From assembly GCA_963755915.1 (NCBI GenBank), contig CAVWLP010000002.1, positions 4,480,001 through 4,544,000 of the forward strand: a DNA stretch of 64,000 bases, given 5' to 3'. The position numbers were made by a program, and so were the translations under genes. The DNA is from an uncultured Phycisphaerales bacterium (GTDB lineage Bacteria > Planctomycetota > Phycisphaerae > Tepidisphaerales > Tepidisphaeraceae). Positions 21,078-34,270 of this stretch are shown piece by piece. Under the pieces are notes generated by a model, which was given only the letters and a program-made list of their open reading frames with translations, was not told the origin of the DNA and searched no databases. Within the stretch, counting starts at the first letter, position 1. Each line of letters starts with the position of its first letter.

Positions 21078-22067
21078 TTAAATCTGAAAATCGGGCACAA
21101 AATCCGCTTGCTCTCGCGCTCTCCGATCGCGGTACTTGAGCTTCGGCGGATCCGCACTGACCCGGTTGAATTTCGCCACGCTGCTGGTGATGAAGACGTT
21201 GCCCCCGATAACGCACCCTTCGCCGATAACGGTTTCGCCGCCTAGGATCGTTGCCCCGGCGTAGATGGTGACGTCGTTCTTGATCGTCGGATGCCGCTTC
21301 TGTCCACGGAGCAATTGTCCAGCCGCCGGGGCTAATGCCCCCAGCGTTACGCCCTGGTAGATCTTCACGTTCTCGCCGATCTCCGTGGTTTCGCCGATCA
21401 CGACGCCGGTGCCGTGGTCGATGAAGATCCGGTGGCCGAGCTTGGCGCCGGGATGTATGTCGATCCCGGTCAGGCCGTGCGCGTATTCCGTCATGATCCG
21501 GGGCAGCAGCGGGACGTTCTGCTTGTAAAACTCGTGCGCCACGCGTTGGACGGTGATCGCCATCAATCCCGGATAGGAAAAGATCGTTTCATCGGTGCTT
21601 TGCGCCGCGGGGTCGCTCTCGAACGCCGCCTGCACATCATCCGCCAGAAGCGTGCGCACCGCCGGCAGGCGATCGAAGAACGTCGCGACGATCCGCGCCG
21701 CCTCTGCATCACATTCGCTGCATTCATCGCCGCTGCCGTCCGTCCCCGGCAGTTGCCGCTTGTATCGAAGGCAGCAGCGGGTCTGGTCATACAGAATTTC
21801 CGACAGCTCCGCGACCAGCTCGGTCATGCGCAAAGCGATGTTGTCATCGGTGAGACCCTGCTGGCCGAAATAACCCGGATAGATGATCTGTCGAAGCAGC
21901 CCGATCACCCGGATGATCGCATCGCGGCTGGGCAGAAAGACCCGATTCATATGCCGCATGCGCGGCTCCGCCACGATGCTCTTCACCAGGGCATCGACAA
22001 CGGCGGGAAGACGAGCGGTTAGTTCCTTTTGATCCATGATGGCAGTCGTATCTCTAGCATCCGGCAA
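21078..22067 (-). CDS. cysE: Serine O-acetyltransferase (EpsC/CysE type)
   Basis: DPAA, YPG, TGIDIHPGA, FIDHGTGVVIGET, KRHPT. Confidence 0.92.
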   Translation of the reverse strand: MPDARDTTAIMDQKELTARLPAVVDALVKSIVAEPRMRHMNRVFLPSRDAIIRVIGLLRQIIYPGYFGQQGLTDDNIALRMTELVAELSEILYDQTRCCLRYKRQLPGTDGSGDECSECDAEAARIVATFFDRLPAVRTLLADDVQAAFESDPAAQSTDETIFSYPGLMAITVQRVAHEFYKQNVPLLPRIMTEYAHGLTGIDIHPGAKLGHRIFIDHGTGVVIGETTEIGENVKIYQGVTLGALAPAAGQLLRGQKRHPTIKNDVTIYAGATILGGETVIGEGCVIGGNVFITSSVAKFNRVSADPPKLKYRDRRAREQADFVPDFQI

Positions 22068-22090
22068 ATACTTTATCCATAATCGGCGTT

Positions 22091-23466
22091 ATGCAGTCGG
22101 AGCTAATGATAGGCATATCGGGAATGCGGGGCACGATCGGTGGTTCGCTGACGCCGATGGTCGTCGCACGGATGGCCGCGGCCTACGCGCGGTTTCTCAA
22201 GAGCCGAAATCCCGGCGGCGGACGATTGAAAGTGGTCTTTGGGCGCGACTCGCGTCCCAGCGGGCCGTGGGTCCGCGACGCGGCGATCTCCGCCCTCGTC
22301 GCCAGCGGGCTGGAAGTCATCGACCTCGACATCGTAACGACGCCCGGCGTGGCGATGATGGTGCGCCATCTCCAGGCCGATGCCGGGGTCATCGCCACCG
22401 CATCCCACAACCCAATTGAATGGAATGGTCTTAAATTGCTCAATCGCGATGCCACAGCCCCTCCGCCGGAAGAGGCGAAAATGATCGCAGAGCTCTATGA
22501 GCAGAATAAGGCTGATTTCTCGGCAGTTGGCGAGCTTTTCCCGGCCCGCCGCGATACCCAAACCCATTCCCTTCATGTCAAACGTGTGCTAAATTATGTA
22601 GACACACTTGGAATTTGCTCTAAGAGGTATAAGGTGGTACTAGATAGCGTTAATGGCGCCGGATGCGTGTCCAGCGCCACGATGCTTGGAAAGCTTGGTT
22701 GCGAGCTGATCCACATGAACGCCACCCCAGACGGCCGCTTCGCACACGAGCCCGAGCCGACCGAGAAAAACCTCGTTTCCCTTTGCGAAGAGGTTCGCCG
22801 GCAGCGGGCGGCAGTCGGATTTGCCCAGGACCCCGATGCCGATCGCCTCGCGATTGTCGATGAAAATGGCGCTATATCGGCGAGGAATATTCTCTCGTGC
22901 TCTGTGCCAAATGGATTTTGTCGCGCAAACCGGGGGTGACGGTCGCCAATTTGTCGTCGAGCCGCATGCTGGATGACGTGGCAGCCGAGTATAAGAGCCA
23001 GGTCGTTCGAACGCCCGTCGGAGAAGCGAACGTGATTCAGGCAATGCTCTCCAGCGGCGCCAGTATCGGCGGCGAAGGCAATGGCGGTGTGATCGATCCG
23101 CGAATTGTTCCCGGACGGGACAGCCTGGTGGGAATTGCGTACGTCCTGCAACTGATGGCAGCGACAAAACTTTCGATCAGCCAGCTCGTATCGCAGATTC
23201 CACGATACGAAATCGTCAAAACGAAATTCCCCTGCCGGCGGGAGGACGCGGAACGAGCGGTCGCGGCGCTCCGCAAGCATTATGCTTCCGAGAAAATCGA
23301 CGTTCAGGACGGTATTCGCATCGATTTTCCCCAGGCCTGGCTTCACGCCCGGCCCAGCAATACCGAGCCCATCATGAGGATTATTGCTGAAGCTTCCGAC
23401 CGGGCAAAAGCCGAAAAATTGATCGAGGAGGCGCAGGCCGTCGTGAACTCGATCCTGCCGTCATAG
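22091..23466 (+). CDS. glmM: Phosphoglucosamine mutase / phosphohexomutase; frameshift at ~22870
   Basis: SGMRG, GRDSR, TASHNP catalytic Ser, DPDADR, GGEGNGG, RPSNTEP. Confidence 0.85.
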
Positions 23467-23583
23467 TCGCTTATAAAATTGCGCAAAACGGTTGCAAAAA
23501 AGAGCAAACCCCTGTTAATCTGGGTTGGCGTTTGGACGAAACAGATAATGCAGGATTGTCGATCCCTGAAAGGGCATTTCATC

Positions 23584-26115
<2,532 letters not shown>

Positions 26116-26137
26116 AGAAAATCGGACGTTACGAAAC

Positions 26138-26178
26138 GAAGCCCGCAGGATCGCCATCCCGCGGGCTTTCTTTTTTTT
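26138..26178 (+). terminator. Rho-independent terminator after hppA
   Basis: AAGCCCGC...GCGGGCTT stem followed by a T8 tract. Confidence 0.85.
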
Positions 26179-26303
26179 GCGGTCCTCTACTCGTTTGAAC
26201 TTATCTGGTTTATCGCGGCAGGTCCGGATAATTGCGGCGATTTTCGCATAATCGCTTGCCTCTCTTCCGGCTGTATTGCATCTCATTAATCAAGGAGGTT
26301 CGC

Positions 26304-26488
26304 ATGAAGCCAGAAGAGACGACCGGGCAGGCCGAGCGCCAGACATTGGACAACCGGCAGTTGCAGGCCCCGCGCAGCAAAGGCAGGCCCTGGATTTCCG
26401 GGACGGGGTTTACAAGTTCAATCAGACGTTCGAAGCGCTGCTGGAGGCGTACTCACAGGATCCGGAGCGGTGGGATGGATTGGAGTAG
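26304..26488 (+). CDS. Small (~61 aa) hypothetical protein ending DPERWDGLE; one frameshift in a C run at ~26368
   Basis: Strong RBS AAGGAGG, ATG at 26304; one added C joins MKPEETTG... to ...AQQRQALDF...ERWDGLE*. Confidence 0.55.
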
Positions 26489-26497
26489 CGCACCGCG

Positions 26498-27087
26498 CTA
26501 GTTCAGCGAGCCCTTGGTGCTGGGAACGCCGGGGCTCGCGGGTCGGGGGAGACTGCCTGGCGGAGGGCGCGGGCGGTGGCTTTGAAGATTGCCTCGGCAA
26601 TGTGGTGGTTGTTGCCGCCGTAGGGGACGTTGATGTGCAGGTTCATCTTGGCGTTGGCGGCGACGGCTTTGAAGAATTCCTCGATCAGCTCTACGGGGAA
26701 ATTGCCGACGCTTCCGCCGCGATATTTCGCTTTATAGACAAACGCCGGGCGGCCTGAGAGGTCGATGGCGACCTGGGCGAGGGTTTCGTCCATTGGGACG
26801 ATAGCCCAGCCGTAGCGCTGGATTCCGCGTTTTTCGCCGAGGGCTTTTTCAAGGGTCTGGCCGAGAACGATGCCGACGTCTTCGACGGTATGATGGGCGT
26901 CGACTTTCAGATCGCCCTGGGCCTCGATGCTCAGATCGATCAGGCTGTGGCGGCCGAGGAGGTCGAGCATGTGATCGAAGAACCCGACGCCGGTCTCGGC
27001 GACGGTTTTGCCTGAGCCGTCGAGGTCGAGGGAGATTTTGACCTTGGTTTCTTTGGTCTGGCGGGAGATTTTGGCGGTGCGGGGCAT
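26498..27087 (-). CDS. hisB: Imidazoleglycerol-phosphate dehydratase; frameshift near the C-terminus
   Basis: RQTKET, FFDHML, DAHHTVED, NNHHIAEAIFKA; canonical GVPSTKGSL end in the shifted frame. Confidence 0.96.
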
Positions 27088-27094
27088 TGGAAGC

Positions 27095-27123
27095 GAATGT
27101 TACGAAATGTTACGAAATGTTAC
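27095..27123. repeat. Three tandem copies of a 10-bp unit GAAATGTTAC upstream of hisB
   Basis: gaatgttac gaaatgttac gaaatgttac. Confidence 0.85.
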
Positions 27124-27255
27124 ACTTTTCGAAAATAAGTTAGTAAGTGCTTATTTGATCCGTAAGTTTTATGGCTACAAATAGTTATCGGAAAAATGGG
27201 GTCGAAAAATCGAACTTTTCGGTCGGAAAGCGAAAAATGCGCAATAACCGCGAAG

Positions 27256-27621
27256 TCATTCATGGTGAAGTCTGTAGAGGTCTTTGACCCCGTCGCGGGA
27301 GAGGACGATCAGGGCCCAGATTCCCATGATTGTGCCCACGGGAAAGACGACGCAGGTGAGGGAGGCGACGGCGATACTGAAGATGCGGAATCGGGCAAGG
27401 AACATGCAGATTCCTGATAAGACGCAAAATAAGTCCGCAATGAGCAGCACGAGGACGAGGTGCTGAAATTCGGGTTGGTCGGCGACGGCCAATGCGACGA
27501 GCGCGCCGATTAGAAGGCCGAGGCCGCCGAAGGCGATTTGGCAGATCGCCAGCAGGCGCAGGTTCGCCCCATCTTCCGCGCTCGGAGGGTTGTGGTGCGC
27601 GTATTGGACGGGGTTGGACAT
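27256..27621 (-). CDS. Hypothetical membrane protein
   Basis: 3-4 hydrophobic segments; FPVGTIMGIWALIVLSR..VK motif. Confidence 0.65.
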   Translation of the reverse strand: MSNPVQYAHHNPPSAEDGANLRLLAICQIAFGGLGLLIGALVALAVADQPEFQHLVLVLLIADLFCVLSGICMFLARFRIFSIAVASLTCVVFPVGTIMGIWALIVLSRDGVKDLYRLHHE

Positions 27622-27636
27622 GGGCGATTTCAGATT

Positions 27637-28707
27637 TCAGGCGGCTTTGCCGGCGGCGGTGAGCATTTTAATTCCGGCGAGCAGGGCGTTGTTTTCGTGG
27701 CTGTGGCCGATGGTGATGCGGATTTTGTCCTTCAGGCCGGGGAGATCGAAATAGCGGACGAGAATGCCCTGCTCCTTGAGGCCCTGGTACATGGATTTGC
27801 CGTCGCCGGTGGGGACGGAGGCGAGGACGAAATTCGCCTGGCTGGGGAGGACCGTCCAGCCAAGCTGGGTCAGCTCGGCGCTGAGGCGGGTACGCTCGGC
27901 CTTGATGTTATCCCAGGTGCTGCGGGCATAGGCCTGGTCTTCCAGTGCCGCGGTGGCGGCAACGATCGACAGCGCGTCGCAGTTGTAGCTGTCCTTCACC
28001 TTCATCATCTGGGCGATCACGTTCGGCTGGGCGATGGCATATCCGAAGCGCAGCCCGGCGAGACTGTAGGCTTTGCTGAGGGTCCGGAGGACAACGAGAT
28101 TCGGAAACTCGTCGACGAGTGAGGCGCAGTTGTCGTCGGCGAAATCGGCGTAGGCTTCGTCGACCAGGAGCAAGCCTGAGAATTTGCGAGCCAAGTCCGC
28201 GACTTTCAGGGGCGAGACAAACGTGGCGCTGGGGGCGTTTGGATTGGCCAGAAAAATCGCCTGGGCGTTGCTCGCGGCCAGGGCCGCGGTCGGCAGGGAC
28301 CAGTCGCGGTCCCAGGGGATTGGCAGGGATTTGGCATCCTGCAATTTTGCGAGAACCGGATAAAGGGAATACGTGGGATCGGGAAACGCCAGGATTCCGT
28401 GCGGGGGAATGAAGGTGCGGGTCGCGATGGTGAGGATATCGTCGCTGCCGTTGCCAGCGAGAATGTGATTGCGGGTGACGCCGTGAAGTTTGGCGGCGGC
28501 GTCGCGGAAAAGATCAGCGGTGGGGTTGGGGTATCGGCGAAGGAGCTCGGCGCTGGCGCCGGCGATGGCCTGCATGACGCGCTCGCTGGGGGGATAGGGA
28601 TTTTCGTTGGTGTTGAGCTTGACGATGCGCTCGCCGGGGGCGGGCTGCTCGCCGGGCGTGTAGCCGTGCATTTCGCGGATGGTGGGGCGGATGAATTGGG
28701 GAGTCAT
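27637..28707 (-). CDS. hisC: Histidinol-phosphate aminotransferase
   Basis: KLNTNENPY, GNGSDD, NPNAP, VDEAY, RTLSKAYSLAGLRFG; start at MTPQF (the ORF extension upstream is a repeat). Confidence 0.95.
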   Translation of the reverse strand: MTPQFIRPTIREMHGYTPGEQPAPGERIVKLNTNENPYPPSERVMQAIAGASAELLRRYPNPTADLFRDAAAKLHGVTRNHILAGNGSDDILTIATRTFIPPHGILAFPDPTYSLYPVLAKLQDAKSLPIPWDRDWSLPTAALAASNAQAIFLANPNAPSATFVSPLKVADLARKFSGLLLVDEAYADFADDNCASLVDEFPNLVVLRTLSKAYSLAGLRFGYAIAQPNVIAQMMKVKDSYNCDALSIVAATAALEDQAYARSTWDNIKAERTRLSAELTQLGWTVLPSQANFVLASVPTGDGKSMYQGLKEQGILVRYFDLPGLKDKIRITIGHSHENNALLAGIKMLTAAGKAA

Positions 28708-28734
28708 AGAGACGAAGCGGATTATACGGTCTTT

Positions 28735-28859
28735 CCCCCTCGTCCGGTACTCCGGGAGAGGGCAGGGGTGAGGGCCTCGGAAAAAATCTCCTCGCACCCA
28801 CGGCCCTCACCCGCGCGGACTTCGTCCGCTTGCCCTCTCCCGGAGTACCGGGCGAGGGG
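28735..28859. repeat. REP-like inverted pair (CCCTCACCC...CCCTCTCCCGGAGTACCGGG.GAGGG family)
   Basis: 28735-28776 and 28802-28859 are inverted copies; the second carries an extra GCGGAC-TTC-GTCCGC hairpin. Confidence 0.9.
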
Positions 28860-28873
28860 AAAAGAGGGGATGT

Positions 28874-29807
28874 TCAAGCTGTCAATAATGATTCGATCGT
28901 CGCGCATTGCCCGCCGTGGGATTGGGCGAGGAAGCCGAAATAGCGCTCGAGGGCGTGGATGAAGCAGCCGTCGAGTTGGCCGGCTTCGGGTTCGGGTTTG
29001 TGGAGGTGGAGGTTTTTCGAGGCGAGCAGTCTAAGGAACTCCGCGGAGCCGGCGAACATGGTGCCGGGAATGAAATCGGCACGAATCTGGCGGGGGTTGG
29101 TTTGCATAAGCTCGGTGAGCCAGGGGCGGTTGTTGCGGTAGTGGTCGTGCAGGGGGCGGGTTTGTACGCCGTAGATGCTTGGCTTGGAGGGGTCGATGTG
29201 GGAGAGGAATTTGTCGGTCATTTGTTTGTTGCCGACGAGGGATTCGAGGTTCATCCAGAACCAGTCGCCGCCGTAGGTGAGATGGGTGGAACGCTTGGTG
29301 TGGATCTTAATGAAATAATCGTAGGGAGAGAGATCGAGATATGCGGCGGTGAGGAGAAAGGGAATGATGTCGCGGCCGTGGTTGGGGAGAAGGATGGCAT
29401 CGGCGCGGGGGCGGGGGAATTGGGAGAGAAATTCTGCCTGGATCGCGGGCTTGGGGGAGGTCAGGAGCAGGTCGTAGTCGGTGAAATCTTTTAGCTTGCC
29501 GAAAATGATTCTCGCTTCGTCCTCGTAGAAGGCGTGCACGAGAATCAGTTTTTTGCTTCCGGCAAGGCGGATAGGGGCGGGGATGATGTTGGAAAAGTCC
29601 CGGGGGGAAAGGCGCTGGCCGGTAGGGTGCTGGGCGCGCATCAGCGGGCGGATTTTGCGGGTTCGGCGGATAAATTGATGCACTTTTAAAATCAGGGTGA
29701 ACGGTTCATATTCGAGTGCGTAGGCGAGGGGTTTGGGACGATCGGCATTTTTTTTTCCAGAACCATTCGCGGGTGCGGGCGGAGCCGCGGATGCGGATTT
29801 CCTGCAT
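28874..29807 (-). CDS. Rhamnan synthesis F (RgpF)-family protein; start uncertain (29641, or 29807 with an A9 frameshift)
   Basis: VHAFYED, N.GRDI.PF, KIHTKRS, FIPGTMF, GQLDG...HALER. Confidence 0.75.
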
Positions 29808-29926
29808 GTATTTGAGAAGATCGGGGTCGAACATTGGTTAGATTTGCGGCATGATAGGGAAAGGCCCCAGGATGGCCATCCTGAGGATACAAAGTGTGGG
29901 GGCTTTTGATTGGGAATGGGATTTAG

Positions 29927-31159
29927 ATGGAATCGCATCTTTTTCAGGATTTGACGCTGATCTTTCTGGCGGCGGTGGCCGGAGGGATTTTGGCGTGGCT
30001 GGTGAGTCTGCCGTTGATCATCGGATTTGTGATCGGGGGGATCATCATCAGCCCGTTTACGCCGGGGATTCGGCTGCATGATGTACATACGTTCGAGGAG
30101 ATGGCGGAAGTTGGGGTCGTTCTGCTGATGTTTTCGGTGGGGGCGGAGTTTTCGCTGGAGGAGCTGCTGAGCGTGAAGTGGGTGGCGGTGGTGGGAGGGT
30201 CGCTGGGGATTGCCATCATCATCGGCACGACGCTGGGGATCGGACATCTTCTGCACTGGACGATGAACCAGTCGCTAGTGGTGGGGGCGACGGTTTCGGT
30301 GGCCAGCACGATGGTGCTGGCGCGCGTGCTCCAGGAGCGCGGAGCAATGGGGACTTCGTATGGCCGGGTGATGATCGGCATCACCCTCTTCGAAGATCTG
30401 GCAGTGGTTCTGATCACGGTCGTCCTTCCCGCGTTCGCGGGGACGGATGCGGACCGGTTTACCAAGGCCGCCTGGACGCTGGGCAAAGCGGTCATCCTGC
30501 TGATTCCCCTGGCGATTCTGACACGGACGCTGATTCCGCGGCTTCTGCGACTGATCCGCCGGACGAAGGACCAGGAGCTTTTTCTGCTGACGGCGCTGGC
30601 GATCTGCCTGGGGACGGCCGCCCTTTCGACGGTCGCGGGGTTTTCGATGGCGCTGGGGGCATTTTTGGCGGGATTTTCCATCAGCGGTGCGAAGGACCTC
30701 GATGAGGCCCATCACAGCCTGCTGCCGCTCCGGGATATTTTTGTGGCGCTATTTTTCGTTTCGCTGGGAACGCTGATCCAGCCGGCGATTTTGATGCGGA
30801 GTCTGGGTTTGCTGGGGGTGATGCTGCTGCTGATCGTGCCGGGGAAATTTATTTCCTGGGCGATCGTGGTGAGGATTTTTGGATATCCGACGAAGACGGC
30901 TATCGGCGTGGCGGCGGGATTGACGCAGATCGGCGAGCTTTCGTTTGTCGTGGTCAAGGTCGCGCGGGATGCAGGAATGGTGGGAGACGAGGTGTTTAAT
31001 GCGACGGTGGCGGCGTCGCTGATTTCGATTTTTATCAATGTGTTTGTGACGTGCGCGGCGCTGAGATTTGTGGAAGGGAAGAGCGCCAATGTCACTGTAA
31101 GAGGGCCCTCACCCCAACCCTCTCCCGGAGTACCGGGCGAGGGGGTAAGCTCGAATTAA
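29927..31159 (+). CDS. CPA2/Kef-family cation:proton antiporter (no TrkA domain)
   Basis: AEVGVVLLMFSVG.EFS, SVAST, LFEDL, LGAFLAG, PLRDIF, QIGELSF. Confidence 0.9.
   Translation: MESHLFQDLTLIFLAAVAGGILAWLVSLPLIIGFVIGGIIISPFTPGIRLHDVHTFEEMAEVGVVLLMFSVGAEFSLEELLSVKWVAVVGGSLGIAIIIGTTLGIGHLLHWTMNQSLVVGATVSVASTMVLARVLQERGAMGTSYGRVMIGITLFEDLAVVLITVVLPAFAGTDADRFTKAAWTLGKAVILLIPLAILTRTLIPRLLRLIRRTKDQELFLLTALAICLGTAALSTVAGFSMALGAFLAGFSISGAKDLDEAHHSLLPLRDIFVALFFVSLGTLIQPAILMRSLGLLGVMLLLIVPGKFISWAIVVRIFGYPTKTAIGVAAGLTQIGELSFVVVKVARDAGMVGDEVFNATVAASLISIFINVFVTCAALRFVEGKSANVTVRGPSPQPSPGVPGEGVSSN
31104..31145. repeat. GGAGTACC-family REP copy inside the antiporter 3' end
   Basis: Near-identical to 28802-28859; translated as PSPQPSPGVPGEG. 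Confidence 0.9.
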
Positions 31160-32808
31160 GTGCCGGCGGCGGAGAGAGTCGATTTTACCAGGGTGCGGGC
31201 TTCTTCAAAGATCTGGTTGAGATGGGATTCTGATTTGAGGCTTTCGGCGTAGATTTTGTAGACGTTTTCGGTGCCGCTGGGGCGGGCGGCGAACCAGCCG
31301 TTTTCGGTGGTGACTTTGAGGCCGCCGATGGGGGCGCCGTTGCCTGGGGCGGTGGTGAGTACGGCGGTGATCGGTTCGCCGGTAATTTCCTTGTGGTGAA
31401 CGGCGCTGGGACTGAGCTTGCCGAGGACGGCTTTTTCTTTGAGCGTTGCGGGCTGATCTTCGCGGCGATAGTGGGACTGGCCGAACTGGCTTTCGATCTG
31501 GGCATAATGCTCGCCGGGGCCTTTGCCGGTGCGGGCGGTGATCTCGCAGGCGAGGAGATCCATCACCGGGCCGTCCTTGTCGGTGGTCCAGACGGAGCCG
31601 TCCTTGCGGAGGAACGTGGCGCCGGCGGATTCTTCGCCGACGAAACCGAGGGAACCATCGAAAAGCCCTGAAACAAACCATTTGAAACCGACGGGCACCT
31701 CGTAGACCTTTCGCTTCAGCGACGCGCCGACGCGATCGATGATGCTGCTGCTCACGAGCGTTTTTCCGATCATCGCTTTGGCGGGCCAGTTTGGGCGATT
31801 AGTGAAAAGGTATCGGGCGCTGGCGGCGAGGTTGTGGTTCGGAGGGAGCAAGCCGACGGAGGGGGCGACGATTCCGTGGCGGTCGGCGTCGGTGTCGTTG
31901 CCGAAGGCGATCTGGTATTTGTCCTTCAAGGCGACGAGGCTGGCCATCGCGTAGGGGCTGGAGCAATCCATGCGGATTTGCCCATCGTGATCGACGGTCA
32001 TGAAGCGGAAAGTCATGTCGACGGTGGGATTGACGACGGTGATGTCTAGCTTGTATCGCTCGATAATGGGATGCCAGATGTGGACGCTGGCGCCGCCGAG
32101 AGGGTCGGCGCCGATGCGCAGGCCGGAGGAGCGGATGACGTCCATGTCGATGACGGCGGCGAGGTCTTCGACGTAGGGCTGGAGAAGATTCTGGCGATGC
32201 GTGGTTGGCGCGGCGAGGGCCCGCTCGAAGGGGATACGTTTGACGCCGGCGTTGTTTTCGCGAAGCAGGGCGTTGGCGCGGTCCTGGACCCATTTGGTGA
32301 CGTCTACATCGGCGGGGCCGGCGGTGGGCGGGTTGTATTTGAATCCGCCGTCGCGGGGGGGATTGTGGGAGGGGGTTACCGCGATCCCGTCGGCCAGATT
32401 CGTTTTGCGGCCGCGGTTATAGGTGAGGATCGCGTGAGAGAGGACGGGAACGGGTGTGAATTCATCGTCGGCGGCGATGATGGTTTCGACGCCGTTGGCG
32501 GCGAGGACTTCGAGGGCCGTGTCGTGGGCGGGGATGTCTACGGCGTGGGAATCCTTGGCGAGGATGAGGGGGCCGGTGATATTTTTGCTGGCGCGGTATT
32601 CGCAGATGGCCTGGGAGATGGCGAGGATGTGGGACTCGGTGAAGGAGCCGTCTTCGGGGGTACCGCGATGGCCGCTGGTGCCGAAGGCGACGAGTTGGCG
32701 GGGATCGGAGAGATCGGGCTTGCGATCGAAATAGGCGCGGATCAGGGCGTCGCGATCGATGAGCAGACTCGGCGGCGGAAGTTTTCCGGCCAGAGGTGAA
32801 ATGGGCAT
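31156..32808 (-). CDS. pgm: Phosphoglucomutase (alpha-D-glucose-1,6-bisphosphate dependent)
   Basis: FGTSGHRG, TPSHNPP, DTDADRH, GEESAG, RPSGTE. Confidence 0.95.
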   Translation of the reverse strand: MPISPLAGKLPPPSLLIDRDALIRAYFDRKPDLSDPRQLVAFGTSGHRGTPEDGSFTESHILAISQAICEYRASKNITGPLILAKDSHAVDIPAHDTALEVLAANGVETIIAADDEFTPVPVLSHAILTYNRGRKTNLADGIAVTPSHNPPRDGGFKYNPPTAGPADVDVTKWVQDRANALLRENNAGVKRIPFERALAAPTTHRQNLLQPYVEDLAAVIDMDVIRSSGLRIGADPLGGASVHIWHPIIERYKLDITVVNPTVDMTFRFMTVDHDGQIRMDCSSPYAMASLVALKDKYQIAFGNDTDADRHGIVAPSVGLLPPNHNLAASARYLFTNRPNWPAKAMIGKTLVSSSIIDRVGASLKRKVYEVPVGFKWFVSGLFDGSLGFVGEESAGATFLRKDGSVWTTDKDGPVMDLLACEITARTGKGPGEHYAQIESQFGQSHYRREDQPATLKEKAVLGKLSPSAVHHKEITGEPITAVLTTAPGNGAPIGGLKVTTENGWFAARPSGTENVYKIYAESLKSESHLNQIFEEARTLVKSTLSAAGT

Positions 32809-32822
32809 CGGCGAATTTGCTC

Positions 32823-34253
32823 CTATGCCTTCGCACCAACGGCGGCGGCGGCAGCCACGGTTTCTGCATCGAGGATTGCGCTGGGCTGATGCCAGCAATC
32901 CTGCGGGGCAATGATTCTTTCCGACGAGGGCGGGCCCCACGTTCCCGGTTCGTAGAACTCGACGGGGACGGCGTCGCCGACGACGGGATCGACGATTTTC
33001 CAGGCGGCTTCGACGCCGTCCTGGCGGGCGAAGTAGGCAGTTTCGCCGTTGGCGGCGTCGGAGAGGAGGCGTTCGTAAGGTTCGAGCTCACCGGGGGGTT
33101 GATAGTGGGCGAGAAGCTCGACGTCTTTTCCGGTCATGGCCTGGCCCGGGGATTTCACGCGGGCGCCCGAAGCCGATGATCATTTCCGGACTGAGACGGA
33201 AGCGCATGTAATTGGGGCAGGAGATGCCGGGTTCGCTGAAAACATTTGTGGGGGGCCGGTGGAACTGGACGAGGACTTCGACGGCGGCGGTGGGGAGTTT
33301 TTTGCCCGCGCGGATACAGAACGGGACGCCGGCCCAGCGCCAACTATCGATGTGCAGGCGAACGGCGGCGAAGGTTTCGACGGTGGAGTTGGGGGCGACG
33401 TCTTTGTCCTTTCGGTAGCCGGCGTACTGGCCGCGGACGCAGTCTTCGGGTTTCAGGGGCAGAACGGCGTTGAGGAGCTTGGCGCTGCTCATCGCGGATG
33501 GCTTCGCCGTCGTGGGCGGCCGGGGCCTCGGCGGCGATGCAGGCGACGATTTGAAGCATGTGGTTCTGAATCACATCGCGGATGGCGCCGACTTCCTCAT
33601 AGAGTTTTCCGCGACCTTCCACGCCGATGGACTCGGCCATGGTGATCTGCACGCTGGCGATGTAGTTGCGGTTCCAGATCGGCTCGAGGAAGGCGTTGGC
33701 GAAACGGAAATAGAGCAGGTTCTGGACGGGCTCTTTGCCGAGGTAATGATCGATACGGAAGATAGAATTTTCTGGGAAGAAGCGGTGGAGGGTGTCGCTG
33801 AGCGCGGGCGGAATCGAGATCGCGGCCGAATGGTTTTTCGACGACGATCCGGGCGTTGCGATTCACGTCCGACGAGGCCAACCCCTCAGCTACTTTGCCG
33901 AAGAGGCTGGGGGGAATGGCAAGATAATGGAGGGGGCGCTGGGCGGAGCCGATTGCTTTGTGGAGGGCTTTGAAGGTTTGCGGGTCGCCGTAGTCGCCGT
34001 CGATGTATTGGAGGAGGGAGAAGAGCTTGTCGAAGGCGGCGCGATCGACGCCGCCGTGCTCGGCGAGGCTCTGGCGCATGCGCTCCTTGAAGCGGGCGAG
34101 GTCCCAGCCGGCCTTGGCGACGCCGATGACCGGGACGTTTAACCGCCCGTGCTGAACCATCGATAAAAGCGAAGGGAAGACTTTTTTGTAGGCGAGGTCG
34201 CCGGTCGCGCCGAAGAAGACGAAGGTATCGGAGGTTTGATTTTGGTTTCCCAC
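32823..34253 (-). CDS. zwf: Glucose-6-phosphate 1-dehydrogenase; about 3 frameshifts
   Basis: [55 protein letters not shown] start after a GGGG RBS. Confidence 0.93.
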
Positions 34254-34270
34254 GGTAATTTCCCCTTTAA

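Noticed and set aside
27126-27192. Possible dif/Xer site or third TetR operator in the AT-rich stretch (GTAAGT half-sites)
   Set aside because: The spacing and second arm match neither the dif consensus nor GTAAGT-N4-ACTTAC.
29808-30256. N-terminal extension of the 460-aa RgpF ORF
   Set aside because: It overlaps the antiporter on the opposite strand and has low-complexity shadow composition.
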